The notes under the pieces were generated by a model. It saw only the letters and a list, made by a program, of their open reading frames with translations. It ran no database searches and had not been told where the DNA came from. A stretch of DNA of 37,692 bases from a virus (taxonomy: Duplodnaviria; Heunggongvirae; Uroviricota; Caudoviricetes). The position numbers and the translations under genes were made by a program. Positions 1 to 10,469 of this stretch are shown one piece after another; position 1 is the stretch's first letter; every line of letters starts with the position of its first letter. The DNA lies in IMG/VR virus record IMGVR_UViG_2541047799_000005. One strand, given 5' to 3'.

Positions 1-711
1 ATGATAATTACGGCTCACCTGCTGGCTGCCGAACTGCTCCGAATCCACCTGCACGCCGACCAGTGCCGTGTTCGGGTAGCCCTGTTTCACATCGATGATT
101 TCGGTGTATGACGACCAGAGCGTTTTGTTCTGCAGCTGGTCTGTGGTGCTGTCCGGCGTCATCCTGCGCATCCGGATATTGAACGGGCGCGGCGGCAGGT
201 TACCCACCACCACCGAGGCCAGATACTGCGAGGTGGTTTTGCCCTTAATGGTGATGTCTTTTTCCGTCACCCAGCCACCATTACGCTGGATCTGAACCAG
301 CAGGCGGACTTCCGACGGATTCCTGTCCCCCTTTGAGGTGGTTTCCACCAGTGCCTGCACGCCGAAGGTAAAACGCAGTCGGTCAATGTTTGCCGACGTG
401 ATGGTCCGGGTGATCGGCGTGTCGTATTTCACTTCCGTACCCAGCACCGTCTCGGAGCCGGAGGATTCAAATCCCTCCGGCGGTGTCTGCTCCTGCTCAC
501 CGGCCCGGAACACCACCGTGACGCCGGAGATATTGGTATTCCCCTCACTGTCCAGCACTGGCGTACTGTTCAGCAGCACGCTTTTTAATCCATCCACCGG
601 ACCTTCAACCGGCCCTTCGCTGATGGCATCGATCACACTCAGCAACTGCGTGGACTTCAGGTTGTCCTTCGCTTCGCGCGGAGTATGCCCCTTACTGCTG
701 CCTTTACCCAT
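1..711 (-). CDS. J: Tail tip/host-specificity protein J, N-terminal 237 codons (gene continues beyond window start)
   Basis: Reverse-strand translation from ATG at 709-711 gives MGKGSSKGHTPREAKDNLKSTQLLSVIDAISEGP..., matching recalled lambda J N-terminus; codons at the window edge read VGVQVDSEQFGSQQVSRNYH. Absent from the ORF track because no stop lies in the window. Confidence 0.9.
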   Translation of the reverse strand, partial: MGKGSSKGHTPREAKDNLKSTQLLSVIDAISEGPVEGPVDGLKSVLLNSTPVLDSEGNTNISGVTVVFRAGEQEQTPPEGFESSGSETVLGTEVKYDTPITRTITSANIDRLRFTFGVQALVETTSKGDRNPSEVRLLVQIQRNGGWVTEKDITIKGKTTSQYLASVVVGNLPPRPFNIRMRRMTPDSTTDQLQNKTLWSSYTEIIDVKQGYPNTALVGVQVDSEQFGSQQVSRNYH

Positions 712-770
712 TCCTCACGCTCCATAAACGACAAAACCGCCCGGAGGCGGTTTCACATAAACGTTTTTCA

Positions 771-1442
771 TCAGCGACCAATCACCACAACCTGACCACC
801 ATCCCCTTCGTCTGCCGTGCTGATCTCCTGAGAGACCACCCGCGACCCCACGCGCATTTCACCGTACAGAACCGGCAGAACATTGCCCTGGGCAACCATG
901 TTATCCAGTGAGGAGAAATAGGTGTTCTGCTTACCGTTATCCGTTGTCTGTGTACGGGGAGTTCTGGCTTTCGGTGCCAGCATCTGCGCCACACCACCGA
1001 GCACCATACTGGCACCGAGAGAAAACAGGATGCCGGTCATACCACCGGCCCCAATGGCTGCCCCCCATGCTGCAAGGGTGGCTCCGGCGGTAAAGAATGA
1101 TCCGGCAATGGCGGCAGCCCCCAGGACAATCTGGAATACGCCACCTGACTTGGCCCCGGCGACTCTGGGAACAATATGAATCACAGCGCCATCAGGCAGA
1201 GTCTCATGTAACTGCGCCGTTAACCCGGACGTGCTGACGTCCCGCCCGGCAATCCGTACCTGATACCAGCCGTCGCTCAGTTTCTGACGAAACGCCGGGA
1301 GCTGTGTGGCCAGTGCCCGGATGGCTTCAGCCCCCGTTTTCACACGAAGGTCGATGCGGCGACCAAATCGTTGTAAATCCCCGTAAAGGCAGATGCGCGC
1401 CATGCCCGGTGACGCCAGAGGGAGTGTGTGCGTCGCTGCCAT
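771..1442 (-). CDS. I: Tail assembly protein I
   Basis: 223-aa ORF, same length as lambda I, in the K-I-J position. Confidence 0.85.
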   Translation of the reverse strand: MAATHTLPLASPGMARICLYGDLQRFGRRIDLRVKTGAEAIRALATQLPAFRQKLSDGWYQVRIAGRDVSTSGLTAQLHETLPDGAVIHIVPRVAGAKSGGVFQIVLGAAAIAGSFFTAGATLAAWGAAIGAGGMTGILFSLGASMVLGGVAQMLAPKARTPRTQTTDNGKQNTYFSSLDNMVAQGNVLPVLYGEMRVGSRVVSQEISTADEGDGGQVVVIGR

Positions 1443-2083
1443 TTGTCGGTGTACCTCTCTCGTTTGCTCAGTTGTTCAGGAATATGGTGCAGCAGCTCGC
1501 CGTCGCCGCAGTAAATTGCGGCGTGATTCGGCACTGATGAACCAAAACAGCACAGCAGCACATCGCCCGGCTGTGCCGCTGACAACGGCACCTGATACAG
1601 CCCCGTCGCCTCCAGATTATCCAGATAGAGATTCTGGCCGTTACGCCACCAGTCATCCTCACGATAAAAGTCCGGCATCTCAATCCCCGCCAGATGATAA
1701 GCATCCCGGAACAGTGTGTAACAGTCCGTCACACCGTGCTCAAAGCGCCGCCCGGTGAGATGCGGCACACAGCGGAACTTATGAATCGTCCCCCGGCAGA
1801 CCAGCCACCACGGCAAATCACTCTGCACCTGCAGCCGCCGGTCGGCCTCACTCAGCCAGGGCAGACCACCGGGGTGGCTGTGGACCAGCGCCACAATCTC
1901 ACCCTGCATTTCTGCCTGCAGCCAGTCTTCCGGCGACATACGGAAATACGCCTCCGGCTCACCGGAGATATTCACGCAGGGAAAATATCTTTCCCCCTCC
2001 GGCGTGCTTACCACGAAGCCGCACGACTCCGCTGGCGCACATCGCCGGGCGTGCGCCAGAATCGCTGATTCTGTCTGTGTCAT
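1340..2083 (-). CDS. K: Tail tip assembly protein K (NlpC/P60 plus MPN/JAMM-like fold, HSHP motif)
   Basis: 247-aa ORF MTQTESAILAHARRCAPAESCGF...; classical 199-aa lambda K corresponds to internal Met49. Overlaps I by about 100 nt as in lambda. Confidence 0.85.
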   Translation of the reverse strand: MTQTESAILAHARRCAPAESCGFVVSTPEGERYFPCVNISGEPEAYFRMSPEDWLQAEMQGEIVALVHSHPGGLPWLSEADRRLQVQSDLPWWLVCRGTIHKFRCVPHLTGRRFEHGVTDCYTLFRDAYHLAGIEMPDFYREDDWWRNGQNLYLDNLEATGLYQVPLSAAQPGDVLLCCFGSSVPNHAAIYCGDGELLHHIPEQLSKRERYTDKWQRRTHSLWRHRAWRASAFTGIYNDLVAASTFV

Positions 2084-2088
2084 GGGAT

Positions 2089-2787
2089 TTACTGCGAAAG
2101 TTTGTTAATGGAAAGGAAGCCGCCAAAGTTGCCGACGTTATTGCGAAACTTACAGCCGCTCAGGCATTTGCTGCATTTATCCTTCGTGATATCGGACGTC
2201 GGCTGGTCATATTCATCCGCGACAGCCGGACCGTTATAACCGCACTCATCACCGCGATAGGTCCAGGTGCAGGTGTTGGCCAGCATGATGCGCCCCGGAA
2301 AAACAGCACCATCCGTTTCCGTTGGTGTGGACAACACAAAGGAGGCACTGACCGCGCTCAGTTCGCTGCACTGCTCGATGCGCCAGCGGCTGATCACCTC
2401 CTGCTCCGGATCGGCGTCACTGTTTCCGTTGACGAAGTTCACCGCATCCAGAAAACGGGCGTAAACCTTACGCCTGACCACCGTTCCGCCGACCAGACTC
2501 TGCAGATCTTCCGCCATCCCGGTGACCATACCGTACAGGTTAGAGACTGCCAGCGTGGGGCGCGTACTGGTGCCTTTGCCATTCAGTTCAAAACCACTCC
2601 CCTGAATGGGATACGCCAGATACTGCCGCCCCTGCCAGGTAACCGGCTCACCTTTTTCGTTCTGCTCATTACAGAAAAAATAACGTTCACCACCGACCTC
2701 TGTCAGATCGATTTCCCAGAGCACCACGCTGGCCGACTGCTCCGCACGGGTGCATTCATTCAGTGTTTCCTGCCGGATATCCTGCAT
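2089..2787 (-). CDS. L: Minor tail protein L
   Basis: 232-aa ORF, lambda L length and position. Confidence 0.9.
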   Translation of the reverse strand: MQDIRQETLNECTRAEQSASVVLWEIDLTEVGGERYFFCNEQNEKGEPVTWQGRQYLAYPIQGSGFELNGKGTSTRPTLAVSNLYGMVTGMAEDLQSLVGGTVVRRKVYARFLDAVNFVNGNSDADPEQEVISRWRIEQCSELSAVSASFVLSTPTETDGAVFPGRIMLANTCTWTYRGDECGYNGPAVADEYDQPTSDITKDKCSKCLSGCKFRNNVGNFGGFLSINKLSQ

Positions 2788-3116
2788 CAGTTCACCACCT
2801 GTTTAAACTCTGCGCTGAACTCAACACGCAGCATACTGACCCGCGACGTCCATTTTGCGCAGATCACCTTTATCTGCCGCCAGTCATAAGGCGGCGTCCA
2901 CAGAAAGGCTTTCCAGCCTCCGTGCTCTGCCAGAAACGATTCCAGCGCCGTGGCCTCCCAACGGGGGACAGAAAGCGTCACGCTGTACGTTTTCAGGTTG
3001 GCATTCAGCCCGGCAGGCGCGCGCTGGGAGTAACCATCACCAAAGCGCACCTCCCTGACGGAAGGAGTCGAAGCCACATCCATACCCGGTTTCACTTTCC
3101 AGCGGAAGGTTTTCAT
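2787..3116 (-). CDS. M: Minor tail protein M
   Basis: 109-aa ORF, lambda M length and position. Confidence 0.9.
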   Translation of the reverse strand: MKTFRWKVKPGMDVASTPSVREVRFGDGYSQRAPAGLNANLKTYSVTLSVPRWEATALESFLAEHGGWKAFLWTPPYDWRQIKVICAKWTSRVSMLRVEFSAEFKQVVN

Positions 3117-5668
3117 CGTCCACCTCCGGAGAACAGACCACCATCACGCATCTGCCCGGTCACAACATCCATTGCCGCCTTACGGGCTACGTCATAAACC
3201 GCCTTCAGCGCCTGTGGCCCTATCTGACCGTTCGTGCCGTCGTTGTTAATCACCACATGGTTATTCTGCTCAAACTTCCCGGACGCCTGCGACCGGCTGT
3301 CCGCCATGCTGCCCGGTGTACCGACATAACCACCGGTGGCATAGCCGCGCATCAGCCGGTAGAGATTCCCCACGCCAATCCGGCTGGTTGCCTCCTTCGT
3401 GAAGACAAATTCACCGCGGTGAACAATCCCCGCTGGCTCATATTTGCCGCCGGTTCCCGTAAATCCTCCGGTTGCAAAATGGAATTTCGCCGCAGCGGCC
3501 TGAATGGCTGTACCGCCTGACGCGGACGCGCCGCCACCAACAGCCCCGCCAATGGCGCTGCCGATACTCCCGACAATCCCCACCATTGCCTGCTTAAGCA
3601 GAATTTCTGTCATCATGGACAGCACGGAACGGGTGAAGCTGCGCCAGTTCTGCTCACTGCCGGTCAGCATCGCCGCCATATTCTGTGCAATACCATCAAA
3701 GGTCTGCGTGGCAGCACTTTTAACCTGCGACATACTGTCCGTGGCGCTCTCTTCCCACTCACTCCAGCCGGACTTCAGGCCTGCCATCCAGCTCCCGCGA
3801 AGCTGGTCTTCAGCCGCCCAGGTCTTTTTCTGCTCTGACATGACGTTATTCAGCGCCAGCGGATTATCGCCATACTGTTCCTTCAGGCGCTGTTCCGTGG
3901 CTTCCCGCGCTGCCTGCCGGTCAGTCAGCCCCCGTTTTTTTGCATCAATGGCGGCCCGTTTTGCCCGTTGTTGCTGTGCGAACTTATCCGCCTGCTGCGC
4001 CAGCGCGTTCAGGTGCTCCTGATAGGTGACCTTGTCGCCAAGTACAGCCAGCTGGCGTTTGTACTCCAGCGTCTCGTCTTTATGCGCCAGCAGGGATTTC
4101 TCCTGTGCGGACAGCTGGCGACGTTGTGCCGCCTCCTCCAGTACCGCGAACTGACTTTCTGCCTTCCACAAATCCCGGCGCTGCTGGCTGATTTTCTCAT
4201 TCGCTCCGGCATGCTTCTCCAGCGTCCGGAGTTCTGCCTGAAGCGTCAGCAGGGCAGCATGAGCACTGTCTTCCTGACGATCGCCCGCAGACACCTTCAC
4301 GCCTTTCGGCTTTTTCAGCGTCGCTTCATAGTCCTTTTTCGCCGCCGCCATCAGCGTGTTGTAATCTGCCTGCAGAATTTTCCCGTCCTTCAGTGCCTTG
4401 TTCAGTTCTTCCTGACGGGCGGTATATTTCTCCAGCGGCGTCTGCAGCCGTTCGTAAGCCTTCTGCGCCTCTTCGGTATATTTCAGCCGTGACGCTTCGG
4501 TATCGCTCTGCTGCTGCGCATTTTTGTCCTGTTGACTCTGCTGCTCAGCCTTCTTTCGGGCGGCTTCAAGCGCAAGACGGGCCTTTTCACGATCATCCCA
4601 GTAACGCGCCCGCGCTTCATCGTTAACAAAATAATCATCCTTGCGCAGATTCCAGATGTCGTCTGCTTTCTTAAACGCAGCCTCTGCCTTAATCAGCATC
4701 TCCTGAGCGGTATCAGGACGACCAATATCCAGCACCGCATCCCACATGGATTTGAATGCCCGTGCTGTCCTGTCTGCCCAGGTTTCCAGCGTGCCCATGT
4801 TCTCTTTCAGGCGTCGGGTCTGGTCATCAAACCCTTTCGTTGCGGCCTCGTTCGCCGCCTGCAATGCCCCGGCTTCATCGCCGGAACGCTGCAACTGAGC
4901 AACATACGCAATCTGCTCCGCCGTCACGTTATGGAACTGGCGTGCCATCGCCGTCAGCCCCGACGTCGGGTCTGTGGTCAGCTTCCCGAAGGCTTCAGCG
5001 ACCTTGTCCACCTCCACGCCGGATGCAGAGGAGAAACGCGCCACACTCTGGCTGATGGACGCAATCTGAGCCTCACCGCTTACCCCCGCCTTAACCAGTG
5101 CGCTGAGTGACTCGCTGGTCTGGTTAAACGTCAGCCCTGCCGCCTGCCCGGCTCTGGACAGGACCAGCATACGATCTGCCGTCAGTCCCGCCTGATTGCC
5201 GGAAAGGACCAGCGTTTTGTTGAAATCGGACAGGGTTGAGTTGCCCTGATACCAGGCATACGCCAGCGCTCCGGTCGCCACCGCCAGCGAGGTGGCCCCC
5301 ACCATCGGCAGGGTGATCGCACCGGCAAGCCCCCGGAACATGGGGATCATCCCGCCGAAGGAGTCCTTCACCTGCCCCCCCTGTTGCAGCAGGATCAGCC
5401 ACGGACTTTGCCCGCCTGCAAGCTGCGTGGCCACGTCAGTGAACTGCGCAGGCAGCATACGCATGGCGGCTTTATACTGCCCGACGGAAATTCCCGCTTT
5501 CTGTGCAGCCAGCGCCTGCCGGTTCATCGACTGTTCAACGACTGCCGCTGTTTTTTTCGCATCACTTTCCGTACCGGAAAAATGACGCCTGACTCTGGCC
5601 ATCTGCTCGTCAAATCTGGCCGCATCCAGACTTAAATCAACGACCAGATCGCCTACCGGTTCAGCCAT
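3113..5668 (-). CDS. H: Tail tape measure protein H
   Basis: 851-aa Ala/Gln-rich coiled-coil ORF between T and M; lambda H is about 853 aa. Confidence 0.9.
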   Translation of the reverse strand: MAEPVGDLVVDLSLDAARFDEQMARVRRHFSGTESDAKKTAAVVEQSMNRQALAAQKAGISVGQYKAAMRMLPAQFTDVATQLAGGQSPWLILLQQGGQVKDSFGGMIPMFRGLAGAITLPMVGATSLAVATGALAYAWYQGNSTLSDFNKTLVLSGNQAGLTADRMLVLSRAGQAAGLTFNQTSESLSALVKAGVSGEAQIASISQSVARFSSASGVEVDKVAEAFGKLTTDPTSGLTAMARQFHNVTAEQIAYVAQLQRSGDEAGALQAANEAATKGFDDQTRRLKENMGTLETWADRTARAFKSMWDAVLDIGRPDTAQEMLIKAEAAFKKADDIWNLRKDDYFVNDEARARYWDDREKARLALEAARKKAEQQSQQDKNAQQQSDTEASRLKYTEEAQKAYERLQTPLEKYTARQEELNKALKDGKILQADYNTLMAAAKKDYEATLKKPKGVKVSAGDRQEDSAHAALLTLQAELRTLEKHAGANEKISQQRRDLWKAESQFAVLEEAAQRRQLSAQEKSLLAHKDETLEYKRQLAVLGDKVTYQEHLNALAQQADKFAQQQRAKRAAIDAKKRGLTDRQAAREATEQRLKEQYGDNPLALNNVMSEQKKTWAAEDQLRGSWMAGLKSGWSEWEESATDSMSQVKSAATQTFDGIAQNMAAMLTGSEQNWRSFTRSVLSMMTEILLKQAMVGIVGSIGSAIGGAVGGGASASGGTAIQAAAAKFHFATGGFTGTGGKYEPAGIVHRGEFVFTKEATSRIGVGNLYRLMRGYATGGYVGTPGSMADSRSQASGKFEQNNHVVINNDGTNGQIGPQALKAVYDVARKAAMDVVTGQMRDGGLFSGGGR

Positions 5669-6499
5669 ACCGGACTCCTCCTGCGATCCCTTCTGATACT
5701 GTCATCAGCATTACGTCATCCTCCGTCATGTCCGCCACATCCGGGGAAGCGGGGATAACTTCATTCCCGTCCAGGCCAAAACGAACGCCTCCGGCAAGCC
5801 CTGCCGCTTTCTGCATCAGCACATCATCTTCAGGCTCTTCGTCAGCCTCGCGCCGGTTCAGCAGACTGAAATCCAGCGGATGCATCTCCGGATCGCTGAA
5901 AAACAGGCTGAGCACGGTGTACGTCAGCCCGGAAAAGTGCATATCCAGCAGAACATCATGAAAATAATGGGTACTGTAAAAGCGGTGCCAGTCGGCATAC
6001 TCCGTGGATGACATCCCGGCAAGCATGGCGCGCCAGTCGGGTCGCCCCATCTCACGCGCCAGTTTCAGGGCAAAACTCAGCTCACCGTCGAACACTTTCC
6101 CGCAGAAACAGGCTCTGCAGGCCCGGCGTCCTCTGCCTGTTCAGGAGCATCATTCACCACAAACTCAGACATACCGGACAGCCGGTACACCACGTTTTCA
6201 GCATGAGAAATTGCCTCTGTGGGCCAGGTGGTAAGCACTTCCTGCTCAATCTGTTTAACGGCTTCATTCATGGAAGGCAGCTTTGTCTTCTGCGGATGGT
6301 TATGCCACAGGGACATCGCCACCAGAAACGCGCCGGTTCTGATGGCGTCTTCCACAGTAAACTTCCGGTTGCTGTCTGACTCCGCCTGTTCTGCCTGCCG
6401 TTTCATCAGGGCGAGATGCTCAATACGCTGCAGGGCTGACAGTTCAGAAAGCGTGACGGTCACACCGTTATGTTCAAATGATTCTGTTTTCAGGAACAT
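5661..6499 (-). CDS. T: Tail assembly chaperone G-T fusion made by programmed -1 frameshift (T segment 5661-6095)
   Basis: Reverse complement of 6096-6102 (ctttccc) is the lambda G-T slippery heptamer GGGAAAG; the T-frame ORF 5661-6095 overlaps the G 3' end and the H start. Confidence 0.8.
6077..6499 (-). CDS. G: Tail assembly chaperone G
   Basis: 140-aa ORF MFLKTESFEHNGVTVTLSELSALQRIEHLALMKRQ... matching recalled lambda G; immediately upstream of the slippery site. Confidence 0.9.
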   Translation of the reverse strand: MFLKTESFEHNGVTVTLSELSALQRIEHLALMKRQAEQAESDSNRKFTVEDAIRTGAFLVAMSLWHNHPQKTKLPSMNEAVKQIEQEVLTTWPTEAISHAENVVYRLSGMSEFVVNDAPEQAEDAGPAEPVSAGKCSTVS

Positions 6500-6514
6500 C
6501 GCTGACTCTCCGGA

Positions 6515-7255
6515 TTAACTGGCGGTGACGGTGATTTCTGCAACCGCAGCAAACTCACCATTACCAGATACAACCGGAATGTTGACCTTGCCTGCAGCAA
6601 CGCCGTTCACGGTGATGGTCATACCACTGACCGACACGGTGGCTTTTGTTTTATCCGAAGACACCGCACGGAAGCTCTTGTCGGTTGCCCCTTCCGGCTG
6701 GAAGGCCACGGTCAGCGTGGTGCTCTGCCCTTTCACTACGGAAGCACTGGCTGGCGTTACCGTCATGCCGGTGGCCGCCGTCACCGTGCTGCGATCTTCT
6801 GCCATCGACGGACGTCCCACATTGGTGACCTTCACCGTGCGGGTAATCACTTCCTTCGCCGTCACCGCCTTACCGATACTGCTGACCCAGCCACGGAACA
6901 CATCGACCGTGCCGTTCGGGAAGCGGATTTTATAGGCACGGGTATCACCTTCATTAAACCACGCCAGCAGCGCCTGCTGCCCCTGCTCTCCGGGCATCCA
7001 AGCCAGCGTGAAGCTGGTATCTCCGGCAGATTTCTGCCCCTGCCCGGTCGCAGTCCAGTCTGCATCTTCATCATCGAGATAGCTGTCGTCATAGGACTCA
7101 GCGGTCAGTTCGCCGGGCGTCAGGTCTTTAACTTTTGCCAGACGCGACCAGTCAACGTCTGAAAGCGGGTTCGCATAAGGGTCACCGCTCCCCTTATAAA
7201 CCCACAGTGTGGTCCCGGCCCCTTTCACCGGCATTACTGGATTTGGTACAGGCAT
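6515..7255 (-). CDS. V: Major tail tube protein V
   Basis: ORF contains [36 protein letters not shown]...; start placed at the internal Met (246 aa) by analogy to lambda V. C-terminal Ig-like domain present. Confidence 0.9.
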   Translation of the reverse strand: MPVPNPVMPVKGAGTTLWVYKGSGDPYANPLSDVDWSRLAKVKDLTPGELTAESYDDSYLDDEDADWTATGQGQKSAGDTSFTLAWMPGEQGQQALLAWFNEGDTRAYKIRFPNGTVDVFRGWVSSIGKAVTAKEVITRTVKVTNVGRPSMAEDRSTVTAATGMTVTPASASVVKGQSTTLTVAFQPEGATDKSFRAVSSDKTKATVSVSGMTITVNGVAAGKVNIPVVSGNGEFAAVAEITVTAS

Positions 7256-7262
7256 ATCGTCC

Positions 7263-7658
7263 TCACATTTCATAGGTAATGACATAAGTCAGATCGGCTG
7301 AACTCCACAGGCCCGCATCATCGTCGCGCCGGTAGTCATAGCCACTGGCCACCATACTGGTGATCAAATCTGACAGTGCCGGGACATCGCTCATCACCGG
7401 ATAAATCCGGGACTCCATCCACGAATCCAGCTCTGAATCCGGCACCTGAGCAGGCAGGAAAACTTCAATATGCAGCTCCGCCTGCCAGGTATCACTGTCC
7501 AGCTCTTCGCCCGTGTATTCAGCGCCGATGAGATAAACGGCAATTGCCGGAAAATCCGCCTCATCAAAAACAGCGGGGCGACCATCAAAAAGCGTCGCCC
7601 CGGTGTCATGCTTCTCCAGTGCATCCAGTACGGCTGCACGGAGTTCAGTATGTTTCAT
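7263..7658 (-). CDS. U: Tail terminator protein U
   Basis: 131-aa ORF, lambda U length and position. Confidence 0.9.
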   Translation of the reverse strand: MKHTELRAAVLDALEKHDTGATLFDGRPAVFDEADFPAIAVYLIGAEYTGEELDSDTWQAELHIEVFLPAQVPDSELDSWMESRIYPVMSDVPALSDLITSMVASGYDYRRDDDAGLWSSADLTYVITYEM

Positions 7659-8233
7659 CGCTTTATTACCATTCTCAGTTGATGCTGCAGCGCATAGCCC
7701 AGCTCTTTCGGAAGACGTTCACGCCGTATCCGTTCAATATTCTGTTTAAACGCCGTGGTAAGCGGCACCGCCATCGGGATTTTCACCACATCAATGGGGT
7801 AACGGTTTTTCCCGGCCACACGCTGCATGACATGCCACCGGCCATTTTTCAGTTGCTGAATAAACGCGCCGGGAATACGACGGTTTCCCACCACAAGCAC
7901 GCTGCCGCCACCTTTCAGGGCTGAACGCTGCCCCTTTTTACGACGCCTGCGTCGGGACAGGACAATCCGCGCGTTACCCAGCTTTATTACGGGCAAATCC
8001 CCCCGGTTAACCCTGATTCTGGCCTGCGGATTTTTGACCGTGGCCCTTTTCAGCCTGGCCCTTTCCTTTACCAGTTTCCGGCGTACCTTTGTCTCACGGG
8101 CAACCTGTGACGCCGACTGCGATATCGCGGATGAAGCAACGCGGTTAATGGCCATTGCGGCGGCACCAGGCACCGCCGTTTTGCTGATACGGCTGAGGTT
8201 TTCAACGGCCTGCTCAAGACCTTTTATGGCCAT
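7655..8233 (-). CDS. Z: Tail completion protein Z
   Basis: 192-aa ORF, lambda Z length and position. Confidence 0.9.
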   Translation of the reverse strand: MAIKGLEQAVENLSRISKTAVPGAAAMAINRVASSAISQSASQVARETKVRRKLVKERARLKRATVKNPQARIRVNRGDLPVIKLGNARIVLSRRRRRKKGQRSALKGGGSVLVVGNRRIPGAFIQQLKNGRWHVMQRVAGKNRYPIDVVKIPMAVPLTTAFKQNIERIRRERLPKELGYALQHQLRMVIKR

Positions 8234-8244
8234 ACATCCCCCTT

Positions 8245-8598
8245 TCAGCGGCGACGGTTAACGGCAGGCGGTACGCCCCGCCCAAGCCAGAGATGACAGC
8301 TTCCACCATCATCCGGCGAAATCCGGTCTATCCAGAAGTTTTCCTCACCGATGGTCAGCGTGTCGCCGCGCCGCAGCTGCCGCACATCATCAGTCCGGAC
8401 AAACAGGGACGGGCTGGAGCCTTCAACGCGTACGCCCTGTCCGGCATAGCTGATATTTTCAGGGTCATCAAAAACACCACGTATTACTGCGCCGGACTGC
8501 TCACCGGATGTCATGGTGGCTGACGTTCCCATGTACCCGCGTATCGTTTCATCGGCGCGGGCAATGGCAGCATCGAACAGGTTATCGAAATCAGCCAC
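8245..8598 (-). CDS. FII: Head-tail joining protein FII
   Basis: 117-aa ORF, lambda FII length and position. Confidence 0.9.
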   Translation of the reverse strand: MADFDNLFDAAIARADETIRGYMGTSATMTSGEQSGAVIRGVFDDPENISYAGQGVRVEGSSPSLFVRTDDVRQLRRGDTLTIGEENFWIDRISPDDGGSCHLWLGRGVPPAVNRRR

Positions 8599-8609
8599 AG
8601 CGCCTCCCG

Positions 8610-9005
8610 TTATTGCATTCTGGCCAGGCCACGTTCTGTCATTTCGGCTGCCACACCGGCAGAGACACGAAACGCCGTTCCCGGCAGCACAAATGCCACA
8701 GGTTCATCCCGCGTGGCGTGAAGTGCATCAGTATGCAGCGTCACCAGTGCCACGACCGTGACCAGAGCAGCCGTATCAATCATGGTATCCGGCTGCGCTG
8801 ATACCACCTCATTTTCATGTCCGGTCAGCGCATTTTCCGGTCTGAGAGGGGTATCCTGACCGGCAGCGTCATCCGTGTCATCAAGCTCCTCTTCCAGCTC
8901 TGCCACACGGAGCGCCAGTTCTTCTTTCGTCCCCGTCAGGCTGACATCACGGTTCAGTTGCTCACCCAGCGACCGGAGACGGACAATCAGTTCACCTTTC
9001 GTCAT
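8610..9005 (-). CDS. FI: DNA packaging protein FI
   Basis: ORF contains MTKGELIVRLRSLGEQLNRDVSLTGTKEELALRVAEL..., matching recalled lambda FI; start set at the internal Met. Confidence 0.85.
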   Translation of the reverse strand: MTKGELIVRLRSLGEQLNRDVSLTGTKEELALRVAELEEELDDTDDAAGQDTPLRPENALTGHENEVVSAQPDTMIDTAALVTVVALVTLHTDALHATRDEPVAFVLPGTAFRVSAGVAAEMTERGLARMQ

Positions 9006-9046
9006 GGACTCCTCCACATAGAGAAAATGGCCCCGAAGGGCCACGA

Positions 9047-10072
9047 TTACGCCAGTTGTACGGACACGAACTCATCAGGGTCAGCCAGCAGCATCAGCGG
9101 TGCTGACTGAATCATGGTGAACTCACGCGCCGGATCGCCGGTGGTCACCCAGTTTTTCGGGTAACGGGCAGAGGAGTTAATGCCTTCGCGCTGTGCGTCC
9201 GCATCCTGAATGCAGCCATAGGTGCGCAGACCGCGTGCCTGAGTGTTCCCCAGCACCATCGTGTTGTCCGGCAGGAAGTTCTTTTTGACGCCGTTTTCCA
9301 CGTACTGTCCGGAATACACGACGATGGCCACATCGCCATACATCCCCTTGTAGGACACCGCTTTGCCCAGGTCTTTCACCGCTGTCTCCAGCTCGGAATG
9401 AGAGCCGCGACGAGTATCCAGCTTCTCCCTGACGGCTTTGAAGGAACGGAACAGCGCCCAGCCTTTCGGATCAAACACGATGATATTCACCACTCCGCTG
9501 GCGTTCAGCGCGTAGGCTTCGATATCGTCGGTCGGATCATACGTGGACTTGTCACGCTTGCTCCACTCCGTGCCGCCGGACTGCGTGATGTTATTCGCCT
9601 CACTGCGGCCCATATCCACCTCAACCGGATCGAAGGCTTCACCGGTCATGGTGTATTTGCCCTTAAGCACGGCAGAAACTGCCTGCATCTCTTCGACCTG
9701 GGCAATCGCCAGATTTTCATCCAGCATATTCTGCCGAATAATACGGCGACGACGGTAAGCCGGGTCAGCCAGGTTCTGCGGTTCTTCATCCGGCAGGCGA
9801 CGCAGGGTCATCTGCGGATTCACCTCATGCTTGGGTTTGACATAACCCGGCGTAAATTCAGAGGTGGAGCCGCCACGGGATCGGATAACCTCACCGGAAA
9901 CAATCGGCGAAACGTACAGCGCCATGTTTACCAGTCCCGGAATTTGTGAGAGATAGACTTTCTCCGTGGTGAAAGGATAGGTTTCACGGAAAAACAGGCG
10001 CAGAAACAGCGGATCGAACTTAAAGTGATGCTGGGTCGATGCCAGTAATTCTGCAGTTGTATATACAGACAT
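9047..10072 (-). CDS. E: Major capsid protein E
   Basis: 341-aa ORF, lambda E length, between D and FI. Confidence 0.9.
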   Translation of the reverse strand: MSVYTTAELLASTQHHFKFDPLFLRLFFRETYPFTTEKVYLSQIPGLVNMALYVSPIVSGEVIRSRGGSTSEFTPGYVKPKHEVNPQMTLRRLPDEEPQNLADPAYRRRRIIRQNMLDENLAIAQVEEMQAVSAVLKGKYTMTGEAFDPVEVDMGRSEANNITQSGGTEWSKRDKSTYDPTDDIEAYALNASGVVNIIVFDPKGWALFRSFKAVREKLDTRRGSHSELETAVKDLGKAVSYKGMYGDVAIVVYSGQYVENGVKKNFLPDNTMVLGNTQARGLRTYGCIQDADAQREGINSSARYPKNWVTTGDPAREFTMIQSAPLMLLADPDEFVSVQLA

Positions 10073-10127
10073 AAATTATTTCCATAAAAAAAGCCGCACA
10101 GGCGGCCTTTGTTGATGAAGGGGAAGA

Positions 10128-10460
10128 TTAAACGATGCTGATTGCCGTTCCGGCAAACGCGGTCCGTTTTTTCGTCTCGTCGCTGGCAGCCTCCGGCCAG
10201 AGCACATCCTCATAACGGAACGAGCCGGACTTGTAGAACGTCAGTGTGGTGCTGGTCTGGTCAGCAGCAACCGCCAGAATGCCAACGGCTGCACCGTCGG
10301 TGGTGCCATCCCACACAACCAGCTTACGGGTAGTGCCATCCAGCATCAGTGGGGTCATTGCAGGCGTTTTCGCACTCAATCCGCCAGGCGCAATTGCTGT
10401 ATGAGCCGGATCACTGTTACCCAGCGGCTGGTAATGGTTAAACTCTTCTTTTGTCGCCAT
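10128..10460 (-). CDS. D: Head decoration protein D
   Basis: 110-aa ORF, lambda D length. Confidence 0.9.
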   Translation of the reverse strand: MATKEEFNHYQPLGNSDPAHTAIAPGGLSAKTPAMTPLMLDGTTRKLVVWDGTTDGAAVGILAVAADQTSTTLTFYKSGSFRYEDVLWPEAASDETKKRTAFAGTAISIV

Positions 10461-10469
10461 AACTGCCTC

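Noticed and set aside
95-727. Plus-strand ORFs 95-295 and 338-727
   Set aside because: They lie antisense to the J coding sequence, which translates cleanly on the minus strand; their low-complexity Ser/Pro/Thr-rich translations look like antisense artefacts.
2077-2889. 270-aa plus-strand ORF
   Set aside because: Antisense to L and M, which are confidently identified on the minus strand.
3257-5635. Multiple plus-strand ORFs (up to 192 aa) inside the tape-measure region
   Set aside because: All overlap the 851-aa H gene on the opposite strand; antisense ORFs are expected in a long gene of this composition.
9398-9949. 183-aa plus-strand ORF
   Set aside because: Antisense to the major capsid gene E.
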